Positions 24,060 to 38,100 of a stretch of 64,000 nt of DNA are shown here, one piece after another. How positions within the stretch are numbered: position 1 is the stretch's first letter; every line of letters starts with the position of its first letter. The translations under genes were made by a program, and so were the position numbers. The stretch is taken from assembly GCA_051294375.1 (NCBI GenBank), contig CM119267.1, positions 13,277,081-13,341,080 on the forward strand. The letters are read 5' to 3'. The notes beneath the pieces were generated by a model, which was not told the DNA's origin, did no database searches, and worked only from the letters and a program-made list of their open reading frames with translations. The DNA comes from Paraspadella gotoi. Taxonomy: Eukaryota > Animalia > Chaetognatha.

Positions 24060-24688
24060 AGTCGGGTCTGCTTATAAGCAGATCCCGACTCTATAATTCA
24101 CTTTGTCGGTCCGTCCAGTCCGCCCCCTCAATCTTGTCGGGCATTAACTTATTTCATGTCAGAACATCGAATTATGATTAATTATGCAAAAAAAAAAAAC
24201 AATGTCCGTCCGTCCGTCCGTCCCACCTTAGCAAAAAACACCAATTACTCGTGATTGGATGGATGGATTGGAATGAAATTTTGTATGTGGTAAGGGAAGT
24301 GTGTGATTGAGCTGGATATGAAGTTTCGATGGAATCGTCCAAGTGGAAATGAGTTTAAATGGAAAAAACAAAAAAATATATTTCACTATTTGAACACCAA
24401 TTACTTAGGAGTGGATGGGGCAATTGACTTGCAATTTTGTATTTGAGTAGAAAAGTGTGTGATTAAACTGGAAATCAAGTTTCGATGGAATTGTTTGAGT
24501 GGAAATGAGTTTAAATGGAAAAAACAAAGAACCTATTTCACTAATTGATTATGCTTCTTTTTTTAATTTTAAATGTAAGTGCAAGATATATTAATTAATT
24601 AAATAATTAATCAGTTAATCAATTAGTCAATTAATTAATCAATAATTAATTAATCAGTCAATTAATCAATCAAAACAAACATTTCGTA
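24060..24688 (+). mobile_element. HINE/DINE-1-like copy, 3'-truncated
   Basis: AGTCGGGTCTGCTTATAAGCAGATCCCGACT hairpin, (GTCC)n and duplicated core. Inserted in a T-run. Confidence 0.8.
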
Positions 24689-25655
24689 TTTTAAATTGTA
24701 AAAATATTCTTTGGGAAATTTCTTATTTTATAAGGATAATACTATAAAATTATATTGTATATATATTATAAATATATTATATTTTGCTTTTCTCTTCCCG
24801 TAATAAAAAAAATAAAAACAAAATACTTTTTGTATTCAATAATCACACCATCTCGCATAAAATTATTATAATAGTTAATTGACTCAAATCAAATTTTTGT
24901 TCTCAAGTGCTCCACGATACTGTAATGCTATATTACGGAGTAAGTAGATATTTAACTCATACTTTGTTGAGAAAATTCCATTTTCAATTGAGAATTTTGA
25001 CTAGCCTAAACTACTAACCAACAGAACTTTAAAATTCTCTAGATATCGATTAAAAATCAAGAAACAATAAATATTTTTTTTCTTATTAAAAAAAATATGC
25101 GAACCAATTTAAAAGGTTTTTAATTTTAATTTTATGTACGTACTGGTCGGACAAAACTTAAAAGGCGCCCTCAAAGTCGGACGTATAGTAGAAAAACGTC
25201 GTAAGAGCGCCTATTTTATTCTAATAGAGAGTAGGGAAAGAAAGGTCCGATTTATGAGGAAAAAAAGAATGGGTAACGAGCAAGAAAAAGAGAAACAATG
25301 AGAGCAAGATAAACATTCTTCCCACTGTAAGAAAAGCCCGACGTTGTTGAGAGGCTGGGATCGCGCGAAAGAAGAAATAAACCGATTCTCAAGAATTTGT
25401 TTTTCGATCGGCGAAAAGTTTGTTTCGCTTTATTGGGCAGAGATAGATCGTTAATAGGTCAATTAAAGAATTCAACTCGACCGTCGGTGATCTCGACGGG
25501 AGACGTCGGGAGTTTCGGCCGTGGGAATAGGGCTTTGGGGCTGAGAATATCTATATATGCATAAGACAGTAAAAACATTGCACATGACACGAGCACGTGA
25601 ACTGAAATTAAATGTGAAAAAAGAAAAGTCGGGAAATGAGAATGGGATTTCAAAG

Positions 25656-28565
25656 TTAATTGTTTCTGTTGTGATGGTAAAAATCCCTCTCACAGGAAAA
25701 CCCGTTGCCGCGGAAACCCTCTTTGCAACGGCAGTAGAACGTCCCGATAGCGTTGATGCAGTCGGCATCCTCAGAGCAGTTGTGCCCACCTCCCTTGCAT
25801 TCGTCGATATCTTCGCACTTGGGAATGACGAGCGATGACTCAAATCCGTGCTTACACTCGCAACTGTACGAACCCACTGTGTTGATGCACTGCGACCAAG
25901 ATGGGCAGTGGTACGTGCCCAGCCCGCACTCGTCGACGTCGTTGCATTGCGTCCCGTTGCCCTTAAAACCGGGGTTGCACATGCACTGCGGGTTGTAGCC
26001 GGCCAAGCAAGTGGCGTTCGGATGGCAGACGAGACCGAAACGGCGTGGGCCGCAGAGTCGCGCCGCGTCCGCGTGGGGCACGTGCAGGCACTCCGGGCAA
26101 CAGGGTCCAGGGGCGCGGTCTCCACAGTTGCAATGAACCTTGTGACACTGGCGTTTGGGAATGTGGCCCATACGGGAGCAGGTGCAGCAGAGGTCGCCGT
26201 AGCGACGGTACTCTCCGACGTCGAGCGGAGGCTGCGAGGAGCCCATGTTGCACACGCGCGGCCACTTGCGAGATGGCTTCGGATTCGAACGGAACTTGCG
26301 CCGACAGGTAGGGCAGCACTGGCCCTTGGCCGGCCGTCGGGTCTGCGCGCAGTTGGGCTTTGGGCATGGCTTCTTGCCACACGTCGTTTCTCCCTTGACG
26401 CACTTGCAGAGGCTGCATTTGTCCTCGGGGTCATCGAATTCGGACTCGTGAGAGAATGTCTGCCCACGGAAAATACAGGGTTTGCGGCACTCGCACTTTT
26501 CCAGCTCAGAGACGCGGCCCTCCGCGTGCTCTAGTCGGATGCTCAACTTGGTCAAAGTCTCCGTCAGCTGATTAACGACGGACTTGAGGTCCTGAAACTC
26601 CCCGCAGGTGGGGCACACTGAGTTGGCGTTGGGACACTGTTTCAAGTAGCCGTTGGGTCGAAAGATCATGCGCACGTCGTGAAGGGAGCCCTTGAACAGT
26701 TGCGGCAGATGCATGCCTGGTTGGCCAAGAAACATCTTTGTCTCCTTATCGAAGATGAACCCAGTGTCGATGGGGATGATGACTCGTTCATAGACTTTGT
26801 TACAGTCGATGTAAAGGGTCACGTGACCGCCCGAGATGGTGATGGCCAACTTGTGCCAGCGCCCGTCGGCCAGGCGGTATGGGAACGTCTCGATGATCGG
26901 GTGCGAGTTGTAGCGGTAAATCAGGCGAAGCTCGTTTCGGAAGCCGCTGCTTTGGATTTCGAAGTGTCGTTTGTTGCCGGAAGAGATGGAGAGAAGAGTG
27001 CCAACGTTGCGTTGATCCTAAAAACGAGCGGATTAAAGTCACTGATTTTTTTTGCTTTTGGGCATGGCTGGCATGGCGGGCATACCCCTGAAATTGTACA
27101 TTTTTTTCTTTTACTATTAGCATTTATCTCTCTCTTTGTCTGTATTACTTTACATAAACGCAGAAATATAAATTAAAAATATGAAACAAATTAAAGTTAA
27201 AAAAATATGCAAGTTAAAAAGATAATAAAATTTATAAAAATGATGTAAATAAAAAAATAATATAAATTAAAAAAAATATTAATTGAAAAAATTATGCAAA
27301 TTGAAAAAAATATATAAATGAAAAAAAATTTAAAAATGAATAGATTAAAAAAATTATCCAAGTTTAAAAATTATACTGGTTAAAAAATTCAATAAGTTGA
27401 AAAAATTATGCGGGTTTAATCCCTTGAAAGCGATTTTATATGTATTGGCAAAGCCACTGGTTTTGTTTTGGTTTTTGTTGGTTTTTTTTACGTTGACACT
27501 GCTTGACGAAGTTAATTGGATTTGTATTTTTTACAATCTCTTAATATATTTATTAATCAAAACGTTCACCTGCAGCACGTTAGCAATAACTGTAAAGTCA
27601 TGGCTACTCTTGAGCAAGATGGCGATCTTTTCGAAGACGTGACGCGGGACCTCGATCTGTCGAAACTTTCCGTCCTCGAGAATGATTGTTGGCGACGCTG
27701 TCGCCGCCTGAAACAAATGGATAATTTTTATAGTAGTTAGTACTAATTCGAATTAGATAAAATAACGAAAGAAATCGTTTTGTTTTTTTCTTTCGTTGCC
27801 TTTACTAAGATAGGAAAACAACATCAAAAAACGATGTTGTTGTAATTTTCTTTTTTGTTTTCCCCATCCCCGCACCTTTGGATGAGATCGTCGAGACTGC
27901 GAGTACGAGGGTCCGTGGTAATTGACGCGCACCCCGGCGTCGTGAAGGGAGATGTTGGTATTAAAGAGGACGGCGTTGAGGATGTCGACGTCCAGGCTGG
28001 GGTTGTGGTAGGAAAGCGATGGGTCCGAGTCATCCGTGCCCGACGAGTACTGGATGGGAAGGAACCCGTGGTACGAAAAGTCCGAGGCGCCGGACAGAGT
28101 CGCCAAAGCGGCAAACGCCGCGGCGAAGAGAATCGCCGGTTGCGTGAAGACGCGAGCCGCTTTCCGCGTGGTTCGCCATCCCGTTGACGCAGACGCCGTC
28201 GATGACGCCGAAGAAGCGGAACGTTCTTTCCAACAGATGGAGGATAATCGTCGACGGTCAAACGATTTTATTCTTTCGAGTCTTGAGTTTATTGACGCGG
28301 TTTTTCTTAAGTTGTGGGCTTCCTCCTCTCGAGGAATAGAAAATCGATCGTCAACTTTCCTAAAAGATTGCGAAAGTGAGCGAAGCAAATAGCCGCCATG
28401 CCTGGCAGATTGTGGGCGTCGCCCCGCTAACCGACGCCGTCGAGGTTGGGAATCGTCGGCGGTGGTTCTCGTCGTCCTCGGTCCACGGATCCCTCTCCCC
28501 CGAGGCGACGCAGCGGTGGGAAGGCCTCCTGGGAGCGAAGCGTTCAGAATCGGGGGCGAAGACAT
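25656..28565 (-). CDS. NELL: NELL-family (NELL1/NELL2-like) protein: TSPN/LamG, coiled coil, 2 vWC, 3 EGF; ~729 aa
   Basis: Exons 28565-27876, 27707-27570 and 27017-25656 (all phase 0). NELL-type TSPN motif FEIQSSGFRNELRLIYRY...ETFPYRLADGRWHKLAITISGGHVTLYIDCNKVYER; CPTCGEF-coiled coil-CEC; vWC; EGF plus two Ca-binding EGFs (DVDEC, DIDEC). Confidence 0.88.
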
Positions 28566-29860
28566 CGTCTAGGTTGTGAAAGGGAAGAAGGCCCCCTCAA
28601 GGCCCACCTGCGGGAGGAAGAGGGGGGGAAAGAATATCGAAAGTTTTTTTTTACGGGGTTTCAAGAAAAAGTAGATCGAAGTCGAGAATGCAGAGAAAAG
28701 AACATAACATTCGTTTTTGTACTTTATCGATCGATGGTCGCGCAGACACTTTTGATATGAGTTTCGTTCTATTATTTTCAAAAGATTGAGTTCACAGGTG
28801 GACAAGTTAAGCTGACCCGTTTTTTATTATCTGCAACAGTTTTAGGGGCAGCAGAACCCTAATCACGAAATAATTTTCATAAGCATCTGCGGGGCCATTC
28901 TACGTCCCAGTTTTTGGACCCAATGTTTAGATTGACAAAACGATAAAATTGGAAAAGATACTAGAGTTTATTCTACAATTTGTTTCTCGAGAAAGTTAAG
29001 TTTTAGTTTCATTAACAAACAACGTATCTAAAAATATTGTAAGGCTTGTTTTCCCATAATTTTTTTAAATTTTACGATGTGAGAAAAACCAGAGTTATAA
29101 CTGTAAGAGCGCCATAAAATAAAATATTTGGCGATAATTTCGAAGGACTCGCTCTGGATAAAATTGTCGAGATAAAAAAATGCTATATATTTTTTGTAAA
29201 AAAATAAAGACGTTCAAGAAATAGCACTTTTAATGTTTCATTTGTTTTGAATTTTCATTAACTAAAATTCGGAGACTATCTCATCTTTGGTTCATGAGTT
29301 GAAGCCGATGAGAAAAATGTATCATGTTCCGCGGACTTCTTTTCTTAAAAAAAAATAATAATAATATTTCGTTACGAAAGAATTGAAATTGGGAAGGATT
29401 TAGCCTTCCCCCTTTGGGCCGCGATTCGTCTGGAGGGTTTCGTCCCGTCAACTTTTCCTAGACGTTTTCAATCGACGATTAATCCGGGCAATTCGTTCAC
29501 CATAATTCTATTTCTCTCATTTTTTTTTTATCATCTCCCCGAAATTATTTTATGAATAAAAAGGGAAAAAACCGCAAGAATCGCGGGATTTTTTTTTTCT
29601 TTTTTGGTCTCGAAAAATTACATCAGGTAAACGATGGTCCGGCTAATTGATGAACCCGGCAAAAATAAACACATAACCGAAGAGAAAAGTCCCGAAAGAA
29701 AATCGTCGGAGGGGAGTAGGAACGTGGAGAGAGTTCGAATAAAGGGGAGGGGGACAGGAGAGAATTCGAGGTAAATTCTTGCCCCTCGCAAGATAATGAC
29801 CGAAGATTGCGTTGTTACGAGGCTGGAAGATGGAAAAGGTAAGGTTACCAAAAGACTTAC

Positions 29861-29919
29861 CCGACGACGGTGGTCGATGAAAATCCGCGTGGCGCTCGGC
29901 GAAGCGGATGAGTCCAATG

Positions 29920-29964
<45 letters not shown>

Positions 29965-30560
29965 ATTCGTCGATATATGTATATATATATACTCAGCGCT
30001 CTCGACTTCGGCGCTGAGCAGATCCCGCGCCGGCGACGTCTTTTAGACCGAAAATCTCCGGAGCAGAAATGAAGAAACCAGTCGGGGGTTTTTCTCTTTT
30101 CTTCTTCAAACTTCTTCTTCATTCTTCTTCTCCCTACTTCCTCTTCTTCTTCCCCCCAAACTTTCTAGAGTCAAAAATGATGAAGACGTATCCGAAATGA
30201 CAGGAACGAGGACCGCGGCGAACGACGGGAGTTTTGAAAGGGAGGGGTGGGAGGTAGGAGTTGGGGTGATCGAGGAGTGGAAGGAGTGGGCGCTCGAAGA
30301 AGAGCAAGAAGGATCGTGAACGTGGGTGGTTGGAGGGGGGGGAGCGGGCCGTAGGCGATTGTAAGGAGATGGTTGGGGAGAGAAGAGTTGATGAGGGAGG
30401 GGACGGAGGGAGTTGGGGAAGGAAGAGGGCGGGGAGAACGAAGGAGAGGAGGAGAGGTTGTCTTCCTAATCGAAAAATAGAAGACGACGACGACGACGAC
30501 GACAAGAAAGAATACGTAAGCGATCGTGACCCCTCCGGGTTTTTTTTCTTTCTTTCTTTC
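29861..30560 (-). other. probable non-coding 5' UTR exon of the NELL-like gene (upstream limit approximate)
   Basis: CpG-rich block ending in a strong donor CGG|GTAAGT at 29861/29860. Matching acceptor ACCTAG| at 28569/28568, 3 nt before the ATG. Minus-strand CCAAT box near 30630. Confidence 0.45.
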
Positions 30561-32196
30561 TTTCTTTTTTTCTTTCTTTCTTTCTTTTTTTTTCCCTTTA
30601 TCTCGAGATAAAAACAAACGTTGCTGATTGGCCCCGGGGTCGGGGACGTACGACGAGGATGACGTCTACGACGACGACGAAGGAAAACGACAACGACTTG
30701 GACGCGAATTGCTTCGTCGTAAGAATGTCGGTTTGCCTTGACGAACGCGCGAGGACTGAGGCGAAAAGATATGTACCTTCATGTACAGATCAATGATCAT
30801 TAATTTCAATTTATACATTGATTCCCACATATAATCATTTAGTATTTAATCGAAATTTGGCTAAAAAGTGACTTGACAGGGTGACTAAAACTGTCTGACT
30901 TTTAAATATTTAAAAAAAGAATTGTGTTAAATAAGTTAAAACAATACTGTAGTCAATGAACAAATTTTAATTCTTTTAAAAAAACGGACGTAGTTTCGAT
31001 TAAAATTTTTAAAAAAGAAACCAACAACCAAAATTTAAAAAAATGGCAAAATTAAAAAAAAAGTGAATTTTATTATTTGCATTAAGACGTCCCTTACAAC
31101 GAAAAACCCAAAGAAATGAATAACATACGATATTGTATTCCAGGCAACCATGTCCTCCTTGTGCTCGATAAGGAAGACAAAGCGACAGAAATATAAGGGA
31201 TTAAATGACAAAAACAATGGAATAGAAGGAGGAAAAAGGAAAAGCCCGACATCCCCCCTTTTCCGGACAATCCGGTCGAGCAATCCAGAGATCCTCGGCC
31301 TGACGAACGCATCATGCCATGTTTTGGACGAGACGCTCCTGTCTCCTTCCGTCGCACGGATTTAGGGGGAACCTCTTCAAGCTTCTCCGTCGGATGCTCC
31401 TTCTGGGGTTGCGGGGGTTTATGTTATGGAAAATAAAGGTTATGAATATTAATTGTTAAAATAGTCCAAGGACCATTATTTTGAAACGAAGTGCGCAAGC
31501 CAAGACATCACCAGTAGATTACGGAAACACCATTATTGAGCTAAAATTTGAATAGTGATTCTCGAAAGCTGGTCAAAACAAAATAACAAGTATCAAGTAA
31601 AATTTATTAAGAACTTTTTGGTTTGTCCCATTTTTTGTTGCGTTTGAAATAGAGGCTGAAAAATTAAAAAAAAACTTTTTATTTTTACAAACAAAGATAT
31701 TTTAAACAGGTTTTAATCATGATAATAAAAAAATCGTTGTTTGTAAACAAATAATGAAATAAATATAAAGTTTTTAGATTTTTCTGCCTCTTAAAAAACA
31801 TGTTATTAATGTACGAAATAAACTATCTCATCTGACTTTAAAAATTTCAATAACACACATTCATAAATATTTAAATTATGTAGGCTATCCAATCTTAATT
31901 TAAACCTTTTTATATTATTTTAGATTGCCAAATCACTTATAATCGTCATAAACGCAACACTGGCAACAATTTTCGATTGAAAATATTTTTTGAAATACAT
32001 GATATCCGAAATAAGTTTGAAATGATGTAAATTTAAAGTAATTTTGATTGTGAATCAAATAACTACTGAGTGTCAATAAAAAGAATAAAAAAGTGTTTCA
32101 CCTTAATGGAAAGGCTGCGATAGCAGAGCTAATACAACGGAAACGTATAAACCATGTTAAAGATAATGATAGAAGTTAACTCACTCAACAAAGACT

Positions 32197-35100
32197 CTAC
32201 TCAGCAACTATTTCACCTGCCGCAGAAGCGGGTTCTCCGTGGACGGCGTTCACGGGCCACCTGAGGGGAGTCTTGTTTCGCGCTGCTTCTTTGCGCAGAT
32301 CCGGAAGTTGGCGTCGCAAGAAGCGGAAAATTACGAGATCGTCGTCGGGAACGGATCGCTCATGAGGCTTGATCCCCTCATCGTTGATATCGTCGGGATT
32401 GTATCCCTCGTTAGGCTTGATCCTATCATCATCGATATCGTTGGGATTGGATCCCTCATTAAGCTTGATCCCCTCATCATTGATATTGTCGGGAATGTAT
32501 CGCTTGTTATGGTTGATCCCCTTATTTATATCGTCGGGAATGGATCCTTCGTAAGGCTTGATCCCCTCATCATTTATATTGTCGGGAATGTATTGCTCGT
32601 TAGGCTTAATCCCCTCATAATTGATATCATGGGGAATGGATTGCTTATAAGGCTTGATCCCCTCATCATTGATATCATCAGGATTGTATTGCTTGTGAGG
32701 GTGAATTCTCTCATTTATAACATCAGGAAGGGATTCTTCGTTAGTCTTGATCCTCTCATCTTTGATACCGTCGGGTAGGTATCGCTCGTTAGGCTTTACC
32801 CCCTCATTTATATTGTCAGGAACGGATCCCTTGTTAGGCTTGATCCCCTCATTGTTGATATCATCAGGAATGTATCGATCGTTTGGCTTGATCACCTCAC
32901 CATTGATATCATTGGGATTGTATCGCTTGTTAGGTTTGATCCCCTCATTTATATCGTCGGGAATTGATAGCTCTTTATGCTTGATCCCCTCATCATTAAT
33001 ATTGTCGGGAATGGATCCCTCGTTAGGCTTGATCCCCTCATCATTAATATCGTTGGGAATGTCTTGTTCATTAGGCTTTATCCCCTCATTTATATCATCA
33101 GGAATGGATCCTTCATTAGGCTTGATCTCCTCGTCATTGATATCATCATTAGGATTGATCACCTCACCATTTAGATTATCAGGAATGGATTGCTTGTTTG
33201 GCTTGATTCCCTCATTTATATTGTCAGGAACAGATCCCTTGTTAGGCTTGATCCCCTTATGATTGATATTGTCAGGAATGTATTGTTCGTTAGGCTTGAT
33301 CCCATCATTTACATTGTCAGGAATGGATCGCTCATTAGGCTTCATCCCCTCATCGTTTAAATCCATGGGAATGGATTGCTTGCTAGGGTTGAGCACCTCA
33401 TTTTCATTGTCGAGAACAGATCGCTCATTAGGTTTGATCCCCTCGTCTTTTATATCATAGGTAATAGATCGCACATCAGGCTTCATCCCCTCATCATTGA
33501 CATCATAAAGAATGGATGGTTTATGAGGCTTGATCCCCAAATCATTTATATCATTAGGCTTGATATCCTCATTTATATTGTTGGGGATAGATTGCTCATT
33601 AGGCTTGATTCCCACATCATCGGTAAAGGATGGCATATAAGGCTTGATCCCCTCATTTATATTATTGGGAAAAGATCGCTCATTAGGCTTGATCCCCACA
33701 TTTATGTCATTGGGAATGGATTTCTCATCAGTCTTGATCCCCTCATCATTTATATCGTCAGAAGTGATAATGGAATCGTTAGGGTTGACCACTTCACAAT
33801 TGTTGTCATCTGTGGAACTAGTTTTGTTGCTTGGGTTGTTATTGTCTTCGTTGTTGGGATTTCTAAACTTGTCATCATTTTTTGTCTCTTTATCTTTGGG
33901 ATCATAAACTTTATTCTCAATGTTATCATTGTGGTCCATTTTAGCGTCTTTGATGTCAATTTTGTCGTCATAAATTTTGATTTCTTCATTATCAATTGGA
34001 TCAACAATATCATAATTGTCATCAAGTTTTCTGTGATCACTTTTATCAAGAAAGTTTTCCTCTTTGCGAACATCCTTTTCAACGTTTATATCATCCCCCT
34101 TAGTAATGTCATTTTTGTCAGGGTCATACCTGTCTTTATCATTTTGAATTTTTTGATGGTTTAGCTCATCAACATGATTTATTTCATTATCAATGTCATT
34201 GATTTCTTTGGTTTTCTTACTGACATCAACTTTTTTATCTTTATCCTCAACATTGTTTTCTTGATAATCAGCTTTGTTTTCATTATTGCCTTGGTTAACA
34301 TTATTGATTATTCCTTTATCAGTAACTTGAGCGACAATAGGTTTGTTGTTATTTTTATGATTAGGACAGTTTTTCTCTTTCCTCGAATCAACTTTGTCAG
34401 GGTTAATTAATATCCTATCATTTGGATTTTTTAAATGGTTGATCTCTTCAACATGATGACCTTCATTATCAGTGACATCAGTGACATATTTGCTACTGAC
34501 TTCAACTTTCAGGTTTTTATCGTGATCTTTGTTTTTCTTATTCTCAACTTGGTTTTCGTTATTGCCTGTGTTGATCGTTCCTTCATCGTCAATTTGATCA
34601 TTAATGTCGTCACTGCCATTGAGTTTGTTATCATCCTTATGATCAAGATAGTTGTCGCCTTTGGAAGCATCCACTTCACTTTTTACATCAAACTCCAGTA
34701 CAATGAGATCTTTGCCAGGGTTTATTATGTTCTCATCATATGGTTTCTTAAGTTGATTGATCTCATTGACATCTTCTTTGTTGTCATTTTCCGTGTTTTT
34801 GCCCACCCTGCCAGCTTTTGATATATTTTGGTCAGCAGAATTGGGATCTTCAAACTTTTTCTTGATCTCTCCAGTATCAGAGTTGTTACAGTTATCATTA
34901 GGAATGATTTCATTATCATTTTTGTTTTTATCATTAAAATCGGTAAGATCGTTATCAGTATCATCTGTGTAGTGTTTATAGTGATTATGATTTTCCTTTT
35001 CTATATACTCATTATTGGTCTTATCAAACTGGCTGCCGGCTTTTATTTCATCTTGATCAGCATTTATTGAACAATTGACTTCACTATTATCCTTCTCTAT

Positions 35101-38100
35101 GTCATTTGTAAATACGATTTCAACAATATCATTACAGGTATCATCAGTCGTATTGTCATAGCTAGCAAGCGTCACATCAGTATTTCTTTTTTGATTACTG
35201 ACATTATTTTTAGTTTCCAAAAATTTTTCATTACCACAATCATCATTATACTTTATTGTTTTGATATCATCGACATGGCTGATTTCATTAGATTCTTTGT
35301 CAGTATTAATTTTATCATTGTTATCAATGTTTTCTTTTTTAATCTCATTTCGAGGTTTTAACTTATCCTGTTTGTTCGAAATGTCTTTTTGGTCAACTTT
35401 ATTACCATTGCTATCCTTATTGGCAATATTAATAACATCAGTATTGGGGAGATTGACTTGTTCGCCATCTTTGTGATTGTATTTTCCATCGATATTTTCG
35501 CCATCTTGCTGATAATGTTTGTCACCATTCTTTTCTCTAACGTCAAAATAGGCCTTCTCATTATCACAGAATTCATTTTCAGTATCATTTATTGAGGACC
35601 CAATGTCACTAGGGGAAAAATCAGGATTTTCTACGTTTTTTTCAATGTAAACAATACTATTTTTATATTTATGCTCGTTGCAATCTTCATTTTTTTCATC
35701 ATTGACTTCCTCGATTTTAGTTTTTTTTTCCTTGTTTAAGGGGTCTTCGATATTTTTTACCAAACTTGCATTTTTGTCTAGTAGCTTAATTGCATTGGCT
35801 TCATTTACTTTGTTGAGAGCAAACTCGCTCAAACTATTGAGATATTCAAATTTGTTGTTGATATCTTTTAGATTTTCTTGGCTATTGGATTCAGTATCTT
35901 TTAATGGTTTTCTGTTGTTGTTTACATTATTTTCTGTGGCTTTGATTCCAATGCAACAATTGTTTTGTTCATTATTTCTAAGCTCATTATTTGATTTTTT
36001 TCTGTCTGTTTGAAAGTTCTGCTGTTCCTTCTCTACTTCTTTATCAGTTTCAATTATTTGATCAATTATGTTGTTGTGGCCAAAATGTGTATTTTTCGGA
36101 TAATGATTTTCACTCATATCGTCTTTGTTGCCCTTTAGTTGGTCATCATTGCAATTTTTGGACATAACTTGACTTTTTCTACTACTATTTATTTTACTCT
36201 GGTCCTTTTGCAGGCTGTTTTGAAGTGAATCCTGATTTATCATGCTTCTATATCCAGTATCACAGGATATAGAATCGTTTGCAGGTATTTTCGTGATATC
36301 ATCGTTTTCATGGTAAATACATAAGGTCTCATTTAAATTACTTTCTTTTAAAGAATCGGGTTCCTCAATTTCTCCAGAAGTTTGAAAACTTTTCGGTTTT
36401 TGTTTAGTGACGTGAGGGCCAGAAAAATATTTTTCTTTGTTGTTTTCAGGCTGTTTGATACGGCTTGGAGACTGAACATCGTCCTGTTTTTTAATTTCTT
36501 GCATTAAACTAGAGTAATTTACGGTGTCTGTTTTTTGGCTGAATTTATTTTCGCTATTTTGGTTCCTGGCAATAACAACATCAAGGTGGCGAGGAACACT
36601 CTCTTCTTTGTACTTGCATTTTTCATTTTGCGTCGCTCTCGTATCATGTTTGTCTTCGTTATCATATGTGTTTGTAACGTTTGGTTCGCCGCTGTCTTTC
36701 TTGAAGGGTGGGTTATTCGGGATAAGGTCAAAACTATTTGAACTGTCGACGCCATATGGAAAATTCCCATTGGAATGCGCGCCATCATCTGATATGACAT
36801 CTTTTACTTTTCCATTCCAATCTTTAGTTACTAATCGTTCGATGTTCACCGGTTCTTTTGCTCCGTTCGGCTTTGATTCGCTCGCCCCATCGTTTGTCGG
36901 CGAATCGGATTTCTCCTCCTTGCCCCTTCCTTTTCCAACTCTCGGCCATTCAACAGATCCGTCTTTATCCCTCAGCCAATCCGGTTCTCCGGCCACACAG
37001 TTTTTCAGTCCGCAAGAGATGGGACAATCTCTCCTCATCCGTCGATGGGTGTCCCTTCGAGGAGGTTTCGCCGGCGAAGGGGTCTCGGAAACGTCGCAGA
37101 AGCCGGAGTCGTTCATCAAGTCTGCAAAGGAGGAATCCGCCGTCGAATCGGTCAGCGGACGAAAGCCCGTCGCCGTCGCCGACAACGACGACGCCCGCGA
37201 GGGATAAAAGTCTTCCTTCTTCTTAATCTCCACGCTGTCGTTGGGTCCCAAAAGAAGGAGGAACTGGTCGCCATTTCGAGCGCAGACGATTCCAGGGGAA
37301 GAGGTAGTTTCCGGTGCCGGAGGAATCATCCCGTCATCCCTCGTCTCTCCGACCTTCGTTTCGGCAAAATTCTCGTCGCCGGAAAAGTCTTCGCTCCGAC
37401 TCGACCAGCGCAGCTTCGTTCCGCCGGACGACGTCTCCTCTCCAGCGGAGGTGTCCGTCCCGTCGCTGGCGAGGCTGTGCCCGGATTTGCTACGGAGCCG
37501 CGGCACATTGGGGAGGCGAACGTCATCGTCCTCCTCGTAATCGTCGAGGAGGTGGGCGTGTCTCACTTCAACTTCCGCGTAACATCCTTCTCGACACGAT
37601 CTCCGGCCGAACTCGTGACGGAAATGACGAAACACGGCGCCGTCCTTAACGTCGCCGAAGGAGAAGACTTTGACGCGTCCGTTGACGATCCTCGAACCCT
37701 TGGCGGATCTTTCGACGAGAGTCTTGACGGAGTTTTCGTCGGGTCCGCCGACGAAGGATCTACTAGACTCGGTGATGTAAGTGACGGACTCGACCGGGCC
37801 GGATGTTACCGACGATGTCGGCGTCGGAAAGTCAGAGTCGGCCGTGGAACGGTTCGTCAACATGGCGTCCTTGGATTGCGGCGGCGAATATACGAGCCTT
37901 CCGTCTACGGGGAAGATCGTCTCTTCGTCCTCGACGCTGGAGAAACGAGTGCAGAGAAGACTGGCGACGGGAGGTACTGCGAGCTCGAGCTCAGGGGTCC
38001 CGCCGTCTGTGGCGACTGGAGATGGTCTGCCGAAAATCGTCTCAGTGACGATCTCGACTCTTTCGTCGGGCTCGATCCGAGACTTCGCTCGATTCTCTGA

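Noticed and set aside
25472-26534. Long alternative-frame and antisense ORFs over NELL (also 17642-18365, 33376-34164, 37045-38100, 53063-53632)
   Set aside because: Shadows of GC-rich or codon-biased true exons, with no domain features.
32340-33760. Regularly spaced repeats resembling a CRISPR array
   Set aside because: Units are contiguous, lack unique spacers and preserve the frame of a eukaryotic exon; no cas genes.
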